This document shows positions 49,976 through 62,724 of a stretch of DNA of 64,000 bases, piece after piece. Origin of the DNA: Anthoceros angustus (lineage: Eukaryota > Plantae > Anthocerotophyta). Position numbers and translations under genes: made by a program. Positions within the stretch are counted from its first letter, which is position 1. Every line of letters begins with the position of its first letter. The notes beneath the pieces are model-generated. The model worked only from the letters and a program-made list of their open reading frames with translations. It was not told where the DNA came from and made no database searches. The stretch is from NCBI GenBank assembly GCA_010909165.1, contig MU008174.1, positions 372,001 through 436,000 on the forward strand, written 5' to 3'.

Positions 49976-50495
49976 ACACCTTCCCGTTGTTGTCCTTCCT
50001 GATACAAGCAAGTTGTGGTAGCAACAGTTTAGTGGATGAAGCATACAAGCTAAGGCACAAAACGTAAACTGTTTGCGGCACATATTTGTCGATCCTTAAT
50101 ACACGGTGTCGTGGCGGAATGAGTTTACCACCGTCAACCTCTTCGACATAACCCATCAGGATTAGCTCCTTCACCATGTGTTGACACTCTACCTCTGTCA
50201 AAGGATGGTCAGGGTCCTTAGGATTAGGTCTGTGAGACAGAAAATCCTGTAATTCATACAGTCTGCAGCTTGATTCCTTTAGGGCCTCAGCCAGTTCGTC
50301 GCACTTCTTCAGAACAACATCTAAGTGGCAGAACATGTTCTTGTTAGCCTGAGTTGGTCGTCATTGTGTCTCTGGGAGCGAGGGTTCTTCAGTGTTTTCA
50401 GGCTCCACCGGGCCTGAGCTTGGATGACCTGCTCCAGGGTGATGCACAGGAGGATGCTCATGGCTGGACAAGACGCGATTTCTGGTCCGCACCAT
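49941..50495 (-). pseudogene. Antisense accessory ORF (about 184 aa, one internal TGA) between RNase H and the PPT of the Copia
   Basis: ORF-track entries 50361-50576 and 49941-50336 are in the same frame, separated by a single TGA. ATG at 50495 (MVRTRNR...). Confidence 0.5.
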
Positions 50496-50753
50496 CTTGC
50501 TGATCAGCGCTGCTTCAATTCTGCATGTTAGAAGTGTGGTAAGCAGGCATATAAGGACGATCAAGAACGGCTCCATCGCTCACAGCCCTGAGCTCGCACG
50601 AGCTTGGAATAGCAATCAGCAGAGTGCGTGCAACTCGTGAACAGTGGGAGTAATCGCTAGCTGATCCGTTCAGTCGTGGAGTAACCCGTGTAGCCTAGAC
50701 ATGATGAGTTTTAGGGTTTGCCAATTTAATCTGCGTCTACGGCTAAGTGGGAG

Positions 50754-50898
50754 TGTTAAGGGTTATCCTAACACAGATTAACATATGATTACCTAATGCT
50801 AGTTAGGTTAAGTGAACAGTCACTTGTGCAAGTATTTAAACACACACAATTTTGTATTTTATTCATTCTGTTTACAACAAGCTTCCGCTTTTATATCA
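50754..50898 (+). repeat. Copia 3' LTR
   Basis: Direct repeat of 41883-42027, followed by the CAATA TSD. Confidence 0.95.
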
Positions 50899-51123
50899 CA
50901 ATACACGATAGACACATAGCTAGTTGCTGGCATGCTAGTGATGTCTTCAGGGATGAGCGTGACCCAGCATACCCACTTCACGCTCAACCAGAATGTGGGG
51001 ATGAAGGTGAGGTCCATCGTGGCCTTGGCAGTGTTGAACAAGGTGTTGGAGATGAATTCTATGGCTTGGTGGAGAGCAGTAGCGGGCAGATGCTAAACCT
51101 TGTGACGAATGCATATGACACGC

Positions 51124-54100
51124 TGTGGACCACGGACTCTCCCCGGGGGTTGGGAATGAGTTAGGTTTTGTTTTTTTCGTAGGTACGGAGTACAAAATAA
51201 GGCGGAAAGGAAGAAATCAGCCCGGAGTACTCCAGATCGGCCTGACCGCACTCGAGTAGGTGAAGGACTCGGAGTAAAGGACTCGAGCACACTGGAGGAG
51301 CTCCGGACCACGCCGAGTATCGGGATAAGTCCCACCACACTCAGGCGGGGCAGGATAGATAAGTACGCCAAGTAAAGTAACTTAGAAGTTGGAGCGTGAT
51401 TTATGTGGCCGAAGCCACGTGGGCGGTCTTGAGTGGTAGACGGCATGCACAGACTGCACAGGGTGCCAGCCGCCGTTATGGCGGTATTCACGCTCGAGGC
51501 GCCTCCGGCGTAAGGTTAGAGTTTGCGAAGGCCGCAGGTAAGCGAAGCGTAAGCGGGAGTAGGCCATGCACCTGAGCAGCGAAGGGACACCCTCCCGCTC
51601 CACGACTACTCCCGACGTCGCGACCTGGAGGGTAGACCATTTCTCTTTGTGACCTCGCGATGATTTTCGTAGTCTCGCGCGCTCCGCCACCCCGCTCTTT
51701 GGCGCTATCTCTTCGAGCGCTTATACCTGTGGCAGCTCACCTTCGTGGTTGGCGGCCAAGCGGGCGAGGGAGCAACAGCCAATGCCGCCAGGGCCAACTG
51801 TGAGGAAAGACGCAGCGATGGGACCCAAGAAGGCCGTGGAGGTATGGGAGCCTGCGCTGGTGGAGCGCAACATTGTCACCAAGAGATACCCGACGGACCC
51901 CGGCCGGAGGAGGCGAGGACTGGAGAAATGGCACCTGGACATCTTCAGCATGTTTGACGCCGGCTGGCCACACTTGTCGAGAATCGCCAGAAGATGCCGG
52001 GCCGCCAACAAGGAGGTCCGCCTCCGTGTGGAGGAGGACCTAGGAGGTGGACCGTGGAGGTCTGAGGCGGTTTACAATCACTCGGTGGAAGAAATTGGGG
52101 TGTAGTCCGGGCCTCAAGGTGAGGGAAGGTTGAAGCGGCGGCGTCTTTGGACCGGGACGAACGGCCGGTCAAGGGCGATGTCGGACCGATATCTTTGGTG
52201 TTCTGCCGCCCTCGGCAAGCGGGCCGGCGGGGCATATTATCCTCGCCGGATCGCCGTAGCCGAAGCTACGGTTCGAGAAGCCGCCTCCGTCAGCACTGTC
52301 TCCTTTCCTCATCCATGTATGGGAACACCTCAACCTCCTGAAGGAGGGAGAGGAGGAGCGGCCCTGGGTTACTGCCCGCCCGGTTGGCGAGCAAGGCGCC
52401 AGAGGCAGAGGCCCGGCCTCCTAAGGCCAAACGGGCCAGGGAGGAGGATGATTGGGAGGGGATTCCGAATTCCATCCGACTGGAACGGACCCCCTCGCCG
52501 CCCCGAGAGGTATGGGAGGATATCCCTGCTTCCTTCCTTCTGGTTCCAGAGGCGGAGGTGCCCGCGCCGGATGGAGCACCTACGGGAAGGAGCTGCCGGC
52601 AACACCTACCCGGCCAAACCGCCCACTGGCAGAGCCACGCGGACAGCGAGTCAGTCAAGAGGCGGAAGGTGGCTCCACCAAACGGCGCTAAGGAGCGCAC
52701 CAAGATTTTGCCCCTACCCACGAGTGCGGGAGGCTGAGGAGGCGAGGAGGAGAGGAGAGCGGAGGGCCGCTCAAGGGGTAGGGGGACACTGGCAGCAGCC
52801 ATATCCGGAACCCATCCTGTCTCCTACAAGGAAAGGGAAACGCGCCAGCTCCCGGACCCCCTCGCCGCCACCAAGCCCGAAACGAAGGCGGGCGGAGAAG
52901 GAGTTGGCGGCCAAGCGGGCCAAGGAGGTGGAAGGGCCGGACCTGGGCACTCAGGACCTGAGGGTCCTGATCAGGTCCGGAGAACCAAGTCCGGACTCAC
53001 TCGGACGTGCGGTCCTTAACGACCGGAAATGCCCGGCCCCTACGATTCTTGGTGTGCCACTTTAGCCGTGGAAGAGACACGGCGGGTCCTGGCAACCGTC
53101 ATGGACGGGATGCTCTGGGGTCTCTGCGGGACGGCAGAGAAGACCCAGGAGGTGGAGGCAACCAGGAGGCGCATGGTGCTCCTCCAGGAGCAGGTGGAGG
53201 CGGCCCAAGAGGCCAGGAAGAAGGCGGAATCCCTCGCTCGGATCGAGGAGGGAAAGCAGCGGGAAGCAGAGCGGGAGGTCCGGTCTATTCAGCAAGACCG
53301 GACCAAAATCCTTCAGCTGAGCGAACAGCTGAAGCAGGCATAGGAGGCCCAAGCCCGAGCGGAGGACCTCTGCAGACGACGGGAAGCGGCACAGAGGGAG
53401 TTGGAGGAAGCCCGGGGACAGGCGGAGCGGGCTCGAGACTCGGCCGAGGCGGCTGCAACAGCCGCGGTAGCTGGTGAAGGCGCGAGGCGAGGCCGCGCTA
53501 AAACCGTGATCATTACCGGCGCAGATCGGAACTGAGGAGGCGGCAGAACAACACCAAGCCGCGGTAGCTCAGGTGAAGGCGGGCGGAGAAGGATAGGAGC
53601 GAGCACAGGCCAGCCGTGAAGAGAAGGAGGCCAGCAACAAGGAGATAGGGATCTCCGGGCTCAGTTGCGTGGAGCGGAGGAACGGCGGCAGGAGATGGAA
53701 GACCGCAAGGAGACCCTGGAGCTACAGCTCCAAGATACAATTGAGCGGAACGGAGCTCTTCGGGGTGTGATCGCGGATCACGAGCGGGAGGTAGAGCGAC
53801 TCCAGCTCTGTTGGAGGGTAGAAGAAGTAAGGCGATGGAACAAGGAGGCGGTGGCGTCATGGAGAAGGACGGGCGAAGCACGAAACGGCAGAGTTGCGGA
53901 CCGCCTGGAAGGAGATGGCGAGCTTCGTGCCGGATGAGCGGAGGAGCAAGGGCCTTGGACGCAGAAAAGAAGCTTCTGGTCCAGTTGAGGAAGGCGGAGG
54001 GGGAGCGCTGCGCCATGGCAGGAAGGTTGGCAGCAGAGAGGAAACGACGGAAGCTGGAGCAGGTGGAGCAGCAACGGTTGCTGCAGGAAATAACGGAGGC

Positions 54101-54603
54101 CTCCCTCGTGGCCTCGCGAGATCCTGCCCATCTCCAGCTGACAAATCTGGCAGCAGAGACGGGCCAGCAGGCCGGACAGCACGCTCAGCTACCGGAGCAC
54201 CTATGGCGAAGGGAGTATCGAGTGCTCCGGGCGCATGTGGAAGAGGCAATCCAGCAAATCGACTCGGATTTTGCCTACTACCACGCTAAGCTCCTCAAGG
54301 AGTTGGAAGCTTCTCGACCGCCATAATCGGACCTGGGACCTCAAGGGTCAAGGAGTGGAAGGAGAAGAAGGGCACGGACAAAGACTGGGCCTTGGTGGCC
54401 TTGTTCGGTACGATGAGGAGAGGAGCCCCAGGAGGAGCAAGATGCGGCCAACATAACTGACCTTAAGGTAAGCCAGCCGCAACCCGCCAGGAAGGATAGG
54501 AGCGAGGACCCCGAATGGGGTGGGGAAGGAGGGAACCAACCGGACCCAAGCCAGGAAGGAGGGTCGGTGAGTGAGGATGGGCCCCCAACAGTCGAGGGTC
54601 CGG
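51124..54603 (+). mobile_element. Giant solo-LTR-like element (copy 3, same subfamily as copy 1), 3'-truncated; disrupted ORF 51818-54326
   Basis: Begins TGTGGACCACGGACT, homologous to the reverse complement of the 8704 end. ORF runs MGPKKAVEVWEP...VERNIV to IDSDFAYYHAKLLK. Homology stops near 54600. Confidence 0.8.
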
Positions 54604-56480
54604 TGTAACTACCGCCAGTCTCTAATTGAAATATCGTGATTTTCTCCTAACACTTGTGCTCGGCGTTGTGTCATAACTCTTTGTTGGCTCTTGTGTTCGA
54701 TTCAAACGTTATTTTTTGAAGATGGACGAAGTCCCCTTCCCTACTCCTCCACCCCCAAACCCACCTGCAAATCGGGTTTTCAATATCCTTAATGTCAATC
54801 TTGATTTCAAGGAAAAGCAATGGAATCAAGTTCGAGGTGTGGTCAAAGCGCATGAAGACTGCGCTGAATACGCAAGATTTACTCCCGATCGTGGAAGGTA
54901 CCGTCACTAAGCTTACAGCCTCTCAATCTGGCATTGGCGCTTGGGTTTGACAATACTGACAGGCTATGTAGATGCTAGTCTCTAGTCTTGACGAGGTGAC
55001 CCTCCACTACATGGATGGTGCGACCACAACCGCTGACGCTTGGAGGCAAATTACCGACATCTATCAATCAACTAACGTCATGACGCAGGTAACGGTAAGC
55101 TTGGAATTTTATTCTTTGCGTATGCAACAATGATAGTGTTGCCCAACACGTTAGCTTGTGACTCTTGGCACCACCATCTTGGAATTCGAAGCTGTTGTTC
55201 AGTTGTGAGCTAGCCTTCCGGCGAGCTATCACAACTTTGTCTCCTCCCAAAACCAGGCGGTGAGGAATGCTCACCAAGCTGTCAAGTTGGGCCAGGTGCC
55301 CAACATCACCGTTTCGGAGATTGCTAAAGCCCTATTGCAAGAGGAGGCTGCTAGGTTCAACATTGATACGTCCAAGCATGGGGGAGAGCTGGTCATGTTT
55401 ATATCTAAAGAACGATCTAATTTCCTGTGCAAGAATTCCAATAATACTCGTAAGAGCATCTTCGAAGATAACTCTAAGCCTACTTCTTCAGCCTCTTTAT
55501 CGGCAAAGACTCATCTAATTGTTGCTAGAGGTCGTCCGCGTCACAATTTGTATGTACTTTTAGGCATGCCTGTCTTGTCGGCTGTTGCTTCGTTGGTGGT
55601 CTTGTCCACGCTTGACTCATCCAGTAGGAGATTGCACGCGGACAATTGATGCTCTCTTGTGGCATTGTTGGCTTGGGCATCTTAATCAAGCTTTTCTCGG
55701 AGTTGAGAAGAAACGAGAGCATAAGCAGGGCAACCAAAAACACGAAGATGTGAGATTAGTGGCTTGCTCCCATGCCAACAGTCATATGGACTATGACTCA
55801 CCAACGGACTTGGAAAAGACGTACTCTGTTCTTAATGTACGCAGCTGTGGACATGGCCTCTGCCCAAAAAGACTTGAAGAGATGGGACTGAGCCAACATG
55901 GCATGGGCCATAGACATGAGGTCGTCATTGGCCTTCTCAACCACATCATTCTGCTCGAACGTGTAAGGCACCGTGAATTGTTGCAAGACCCCTCATTGCT
56001 CACCGAAGTCCCGAACCTGTCGATGATTAAGTTCCCCCGCATTGTCTGAGCGGATACAACGAAGTTGACGGCCAATTTGTAACTCGACCATAGCGACAAA
56101 GGGTAAGAACACATTGAACGAGTTACTCTTAAGATGGATAGGAAATGCAAAGGCATATTGACTGAAATCATTGGCAATAGTCAGAAAATAGTTAGCTCCA
56201 CTTAAAGACGTGACTGGAAGATCACCACATAAATCCACATAGATCAGATCCAAGGGATTAGTAGCCCTATTAGTAGGAAGAGACGAGTAAGGAGAACTTC
56301 TCTGTTTCGCAAGCACATAGGCTTTGCAGAGAGGTTGAGTCTTGGAAAACTGAGGAAGAGTGCCTCGATACAGATCCTGCTGAGGAGTGGCCAGGGTGAC
56401 GGATCACTAACCACTTCATTGGCTCATGACCAATATGAAGCTTAGTAATAAGCTGCCAAGGTGGGCACTTTTGCTTTCTG
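54604..56480. mobile_element. Rearranged Copia remnants: gag/GAG-pre-integrase fragments on + (54716-55690) and integrase on - (55790-56480)
   Basis: Plus strand: ALLQEEAAR and LWHCWLGHLN. Minus strand: PLDLIYVDLCG, LRCIRSDNAGE, FTVPYTFEQNDVVE and FWAEAMSTAAYIKNR. Confidence 0.8.
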
Positions 56481-56807
56481 AATACGACATGGACATTGTC
56501 CATAGAGCAGGGAAAGTGCACCATTGGGGGGCTGTTCGCGGGCCTTAGGCTCCTGCTTTGTTGCGTGCCCTTGACCAGTCCTGTAGGATTAGTGGCCTAG
56601 TCACTTTTTGCCTTCTAGGTAGAGCATGTGTGGCTACTTGGCATGGTCAGCTATGTTGCTTGGCAATGTGGCAAGCTCCTACTTCGAAGGGTTGAGTTCT
56701 TAAGCCTAGTTTGGAGGTTTGGAGGGTCGAGAATTCGTATCCTTCTCAAAAACCCCTAGAGCTAATTAGAAACCTAAACCAGCGGCGTAGTCGGGGATGA
56801 TGAATGA

Positions 56808-58447
56808 TCACCATTTGCCATCTATTGAATGTGGATGAGAGTCATTATCATCAGGGCTCCTCCCATATCTTGCAGATCCAGCTTCTCGTCCCACCAGAAA
56901 ACTTTCACCAGGTTGATGCGCTGGAGATCAAGCTTTGAAGAAGGCTGCTATGTGATGCATAACCTCCTGAAAAGTGTTTAAGTCAATAAGTTGAAACCCC
57001 AAGGTTTGGGTTTGTCTTAGAAGACCTCTGGCTTTTAGCAAGAACAAGGACAGACCCCAACAAGGATTGCTACCCAGTCCCAGACAGCCAGATTGGTGAT
57101 CTTTTTATATGTTGTGCTGTGCCATGGAAGCAAAAATCCAATAACTAATTGCTGTGGGCATCTCACAAACTCCCATGTTTGTGAAGCAGATACTTCCAGC
57201 TTTGCCATGTAATACGGAGCTTACTTTTGAGAAACTGGTGGACTTCTGGCCTCAAAGAACTCGTGGCTTGTCCTGCCTATGCTTGAGAACGATGGTCACA
57301 CTACTGTTTAAACTCTTGCTTGCACTCTTAGCATGAAACCTGTCATTTAAGAATTTTATTATTTCCTTTCATGTTATCGTAAGCTCAGCTTGTGCAAGTG
57401 ACTATTCCATAGGTGTGTTGTCCACACACAAGAGCATTTTGTAAATACCTTTTTCCCAAATACCAACTTGGTAGTTGTGTTAAGTCCGGAGCTTGTAGTG
57501 AGACTATTTTTCTTTGCTCGTCACCATATGCACTTAGGTCTCATAATATTCTATGGAGATGGAGAGTAAGTATTGATTACGAGAAAAAATGATAGGTATG
57601 TCGTTGAACATAACATGGCAAGTTATGTTTAACTCTGTTCATGATCTTTCAATAAACCAGCTGCAAAATATTTTCCTCATCAAACAATTGAATCCAACTC
57701 TCTCTGATCGAAGCGAAGACCATTAGTTAATTTTGCATGGCCCGATGTCCCAACTCGGAAGATATACTACAAGATACTTAAACATGACTAGAGGTTTTTA
57801 AATATATCAGGTGCTATGATTGATCGAGGAAGTGAATCAAATGATTGAATTTGAGCGTGGACACGAATTTTGGGAGTTGGGGAAACTCAAAAACCAAAAT
57901 GGACTTCCCCGCCTGATTCACGAGCCCATTTCATCAATCTGGGTATGCGGAACGTCCTTGAAAAAACATGAAGGGACGAGGCCAGGCCGTTCAGCGCGTA
58001 AAGAAACGGGTGGGAGCCTTTCCGGAGTGTAGTCAACGACCGTTTCTGGAAAGTTATTGGGCGATTCTTACAGCTGTGCGCTCGAGGGGCCCTGGGCTGT
58101 CTCTCACCTTTCCCTTCCCTGGCCGGGGGGTGATGAGGTTCAGGTCCAGGTCCAGGCTCTGCCTTTGCTCCTGCGCCTGCTCCGGCGAGGAAGACAGTAC
58201 TTGGCAGCAGAAGGCACAGCAGCAGCAAAAGGCACGGGAGCAGCAGCAGCAACAGAACGTCCGGCCTTGCAGGCACTGTGCCACTGCAGAGAGAGAGCAG
58301 GTCACGCGGCGACATGGCCCACTGCTGCGCGTGCTCCCCCAGCTGCAGCTGCCGGTAGCCTGGATGGAGCCGCGCTCTCCGCTGCCGCACCGTCGCCATC
58401 AGCCCTGCCTCCCTGCTGCAGCTGCTGCACGCCCCGCCGTGGAGCAT
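56808..58447 (-). CDS. Candidate small secreted or signal-anchored protein (exon 1 ending 58108; possible exon 2 56920-56808)
   Basis: GC-rich ORF containing VLLLLLLPCLLLLLCLLLPSTVFLAGAGA, then a G|GTGAG donor. A downstream ctccag acceptor gives in-frame AHQPGESFLVGREAGSARYGRSPDDNDSHPHSIDGKW*. Confidence 0.3.
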
Positions 58448-59094
58448 TCTTCCTGTCAGGGACCATTTGCACCGGTATCGGCATCGTGAAGCCTGTGAGC
58501 TGCTCCGCCTCCGATCTCAGCTTGCCTGCCTGCAGGTTAGTTCGGGGATCCGCCCTCCTGCCATGTCCTATTCTGCGCTGTCGTCCGCCTGGCTGCGCTG
58601 CCGATGGCGCCCAATGGCGGCATCCGCAATTCCGGTTCCCTTGCGAATGCCGTGCGATCTGCTTCCCGATCCCGGCCTCTCGTTGGCGGCAGCGCCTGCT
58701 AGTTAGACTTAGGTCTGCTAAGGCCAAGGTCCCGCTGTTTTTGTTTTCGCGGCCGCTATGAGGTTTAAACTCCGCCTCCTGCTGGCCATCCCTATCGAGG
58801 CCGACTGCGTATTTGGCTTCCCTGCTGAAGGCGACGGTATGTGTGGGAGCAGGTGCTGGATCTAGGTCCGGGAGTGGGATTCCGCTGGCTTGGCTGGCCA
58901 CTTAAATGTGCATTTGGTGGGTTTGCGGATGAGCGCGCGGTAGGGTTAGCTAAGCTTGGGGATTGGAGGGATGGAGGAAATGCAGCCAGTGTGGATTGGT
59001 TTGAAGGGAATGCGGTTCTGGCGGGGAAGGGAAAGAACGAAGCATTATTGAATGCGATGCTTGTTGTGGTTTTGGTTTAGGTGAGACAGGGACC

Positions 59095-62000
59095 ATGGGC
59101 AGCAGACTTAAAGAAGAGGAGAGGAATGAAAGGACAATTAGAGGTCTACTCAAGCTTACTGAAAATCGGAGATGTATCAATTGCGGCAGCATGGTTTGTC
59201 ACTTGTCCCCTTCCGAGGAGTGTAGTGTCAAATTTCCTGTTTGGTGAACGTTGTGTCGGCGAGGCCTTCTTTGATATGCTTCCTGTTGATTCTGCAGGGC
59301 CCTCAATACGTTTGCACCAATTTCTCTACTTTCGTGTGCACGAATTGCAGTGGAGTCCAGTAAGTATCTTTTCCTAGGGTAGAATGGTGGTGCGCTGCAG
59401 GATGTGTTTGAATCGGTTTTCTGCTGGAAGTGATATTTTGAATGATGCGTTTCTCTGTCTTGAGTGCAGCCGAGAGTTTACCCACAGAATAAAGTCTATT
59501 TCAATGGCAAAATTTACAGCAGCAGAGGTGGACGCACTCAAGAATGGAGGGAATGAGGTATGCAGGTGTAGGTCTGAAATGTCAGCGAGCTGAAAGAGTG
59601 TGCCCATTTGGGCTACTTTAGACATTAACTGGATTGTTATGCGCTATGCCTTGAGTGTGACAGCGTGCTCGGCAACAGTTCTTGAAGGAGTGGGATGCAC
59701 AGAGGAACTCCTTGCCAGACAGTAGGTAGGAATACAGCTGTGGACTGAGAAAGCTATTATCGACCTTGACGAAGTTGGGTCTGACGCTTGCTCTGGGTAT
59801 GTGTATATGATGCAGCAATACAGAGAAGCTGCGGGATTTCATCAAGACAGTGTATGTGGACAGACGTTTCACAGGGGACAGATTACCTCCTAAAGGTCGA
59901 CCGGTGAGTATGCATGTTTCTTCTGGTGATAGTATGCAGTGTCCCAGCCCTGGAAAGCCACATGTTCATTTCTTCTTTGATTGCAGAGTGACAGAGATGA
60001 AAAGTATGACTCTCGACGTCCCGATTACAGAGGCTCCAAAAGCCCACCATTTGATGATCAGTATGATGATCGACGTCCAAATGATCGGCGCAGGTCAGAT
60101 GTAGATCGAGGTCGGCCACCATTTGAAGATCGCAGATATGAGGACAGGAATGATGATAGAAGAGCTGTAAGGTTTGATGAGAAGAGGAGTCCTGGTCGAT
60201 TTGAGACAGAGAGAGGTAGGTATGAGGAACGACGGTACGAGGAAAGGTCTCGGTTTGACGATAGGGATCGCCAGTTGGAGGACCGGTCTGCAAATGAGGT
60301 GCGGGACAGGCGAAGATATGATGATCGAACTCCTAGTACCTACAGAGATTATGATGGAGGCTCTTCTCCCCAAGTTCGCCCTGTGAGGGACATTCTGGGT
60401 GATAATGTTCCACCTCTCCGGGTTGATGACTTGAGCCAGACCAATGGCCGAGTTGAAGAGGAGCCTCGCTCATTAACATCGCCGGTATGGGGTAGTTGTG
60501 TTTGTACAAGAATGTGGTTTTGGCTGTGCCTGAAACGGGCCTAATACTAGACGTTTTCTGCTTATTCATGTTGCCTAATTATTCAGTTGGTGTCTGGTGG
60601 CAGGCTGAGCAACGAAAAGATCTAAGAATCCCCAAGCTTACCCCGACTGGTTCGTTTGGGAATGGGTCTTCTCACTCCAGTACTGCCTCCCTCCAGCGAG
60701 CAGCCTCTGACAGCCTGATAGACTTCAGCGCTGAAACTCCAACGGCTGCTGCAGCCCCTGCACCTGCTGCATCAGCAGAATTGTTTGGAGTGGGTTCCAC
60801 TACCCCAGTTCCTCAGGCTGTCTCAAATGATACTGGTTGGGCCACATTCGATGTTGCATTTGCTGCACTTGCGCCAGCTCCAGCTGCCACTGGTGTCGCC
60901 CCTGGTCTTGCTGGCTTGTTTCCTGGAGGAGACGGCGGTGGTCAATGGAATGGTGGCTGGCCCCCTCAGCCAATACCTGAGCTCGCACCCGGAACTGAGA
61001 CATGGTCTGCATTTCCTGCTCCGCACCCTCCTTCAGCAACAGCTTCCCAGGTTGGCTATAAGCAAAGACTGTTGGGCTTGTGCCTTTCGGGTTTGTTCAT
61101 CAAAAGGTACTTGATAGTGAGGTCTCATTGAAGCCTTACGTGTATGCTTTGGAACTGGTCTACTGTGTTTTCAGTCTTGGAACTCGTACTCAGCTCCTAA
61201 AGTTCAATCTCCCCAAGCAGCCCCAGACCAGGCAACCAGCAATCTTTCTCAGCAAACATCTGCTCAGGAGAGGCCAAGACGAGAATTGCCACAGGTTTAC
61301 CATGATCTCAGGGCAGGCGGTCTGGTCATTGCTGGTTTTGTGTCAGATTCGTCTCATGGGTGGGTCTGCTTTGATTTCCAGGATATCTTCTCGTCTCCAT
61401 TTCAGCCTACAGTTGCGCCAAATGTAGGCATGCCAATGCAGAATGCAGCTTTCTTAACTGGAGGTGCCCAGTTTCAGCCAATCGGACCTGCTATGCCGGT
61501 ATGCCAGCCCTGTCATTTTTTCTTTCTTTTTAGTGTTAATCTGTCCTGTTGTCTGAAATGGATGGCATTTCTCTGGCTCTTGACCTAAAGTCTGTTGGTT
61601 GTCTCTTGTGCATTCAGCCTATGGGGCCTATGCCTGCATATGCTCAGCCTCCAAGGTCTAGGAATCCATTTGACCTGCCTGGGGATCCTCCTCCTCCAAG
61701 TGCTGTAAGTGTCGCCCACAAAGTCAGGCTTTCGTGGTTAATTGTGAAGTTGCTTCGTGGATAGCCATTTTGCTCGTGTTCCTAGACTTGGGAGATCTGT
61801 AGCTTTTGTGTCCGCACTAGTGTGTAGGCCTCACTGGTTCTGCATGCGGACATTAGTTAGCATTGACATGCTGCATGAATGTATATGATGCTTGCGATAC
61901 CAGTGTTAAAGCGATGCTCGCATTTGCTTGTTTAGTGAGACCCTTTTTGTGTTGTACTGGTTACAGTTTCCTAGCATGGGTCCCCTCCAAGCTGCCCTGC

Positions 62001-62631
62001 CGAACTATGCCACAGGCCCTCAGTCATTGCCGGGGGCTGGGCCTGGAAGTGTGACTGGACCTGGGAATTTCCCATCACCGTGGGCCCAACCAAATAATTT
62101 CCAGCCGCAGCATGCATCTTATCCACCTGGAGGATCTCTTGGTATTATTTGCTGGTCACTTGATCTTCTCATTTGTTTTGAGACTGGTTCTGTTATGTAT
62201 GAACTCGGGGATGCAAGCCTTGATCCGGCATCTTTTTGGTGATGCATTGAGGCCAATCTGTGTAAATTTCCTTCTACTCATTGTAACGTCATGTCCACAT
62301 GCAGGGATCAACTTGCAGGCCCCAACGATCCCAACGTATGTTTGTGGTTTTGATGCTCTCCTGTTTGTCATGTCAATTCCTTTAAGTAACATCCGTTGGG
62401 CTATTGGAACTGTGCAGTGATCGCATCGGTAATCCAGGATCTTTCCCACTGGGATCATTTGGCCAAGAAAATGCTTTTTTCAGTCATCGGCCCTCATTAT
62501 TGACCACGCAGCATTCCTTGCCTCCCCTCGGTGGTCAAAGTCCCTTCCCCACTCTCACTTCACAGAACTCCCTTCCTTCTCTTTCCCCGCAAGGTTCGGT
62601 TTCCTCGTTTGGCAGTAATCCATTTGGCTGA
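59095..62631 (+). CDS. AGD14: ArfGAP-domain protein, AGD14/NIG (AGFG/HRB-like), about 13 exons
   Basis: ERNERTIRGLLKLTENRRCINCGSM-GPQYVCTNFSTFVCTNCSGVH-REFTHRIKSISMAKFT (C4 ArfGAP zinc finger with catalytic Arg), an R/D-rich region, SLIDF, GWATFD, ELP-DIF, and NPF motifs including C-terminal GSNPFG. Confidence 0.93.
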
Positions 62632-62724
62632 GAGATTTCCAATTGGACTACTGGCACAGCCAGTGGAGGATACAGGTGTGGTGGATGAGTGCCGCTCTAC
62701 TTTCGAGACACCTGCTCAGGCAGA

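Larger units (their letters stand above)
41883..50898 (+). mobile_element. Full-length Ty1/Copia LTR retrotransposon
   Basis: 145-bp LTRs at 41883-42027 and 50754-50898 (TG...CA, 4 mismatches by my count). TSD CAATA on both sides. PBS TGGTATCAGAGC at 42028-42039. PPT-like GGCTAAGTGGGAG at 50741-50753. Domain order gag-PR-INT-RT-RH. Confidence 0.96.

Noticed and set aside
58054-58305. Cys-rich ORF with an LDLDLNL EAR-like motif
   Set aside because: It is an alternative frame of CTG- and CCTGGA-type repeats with no ATG start. The Leu-rich frame has better gene signals.
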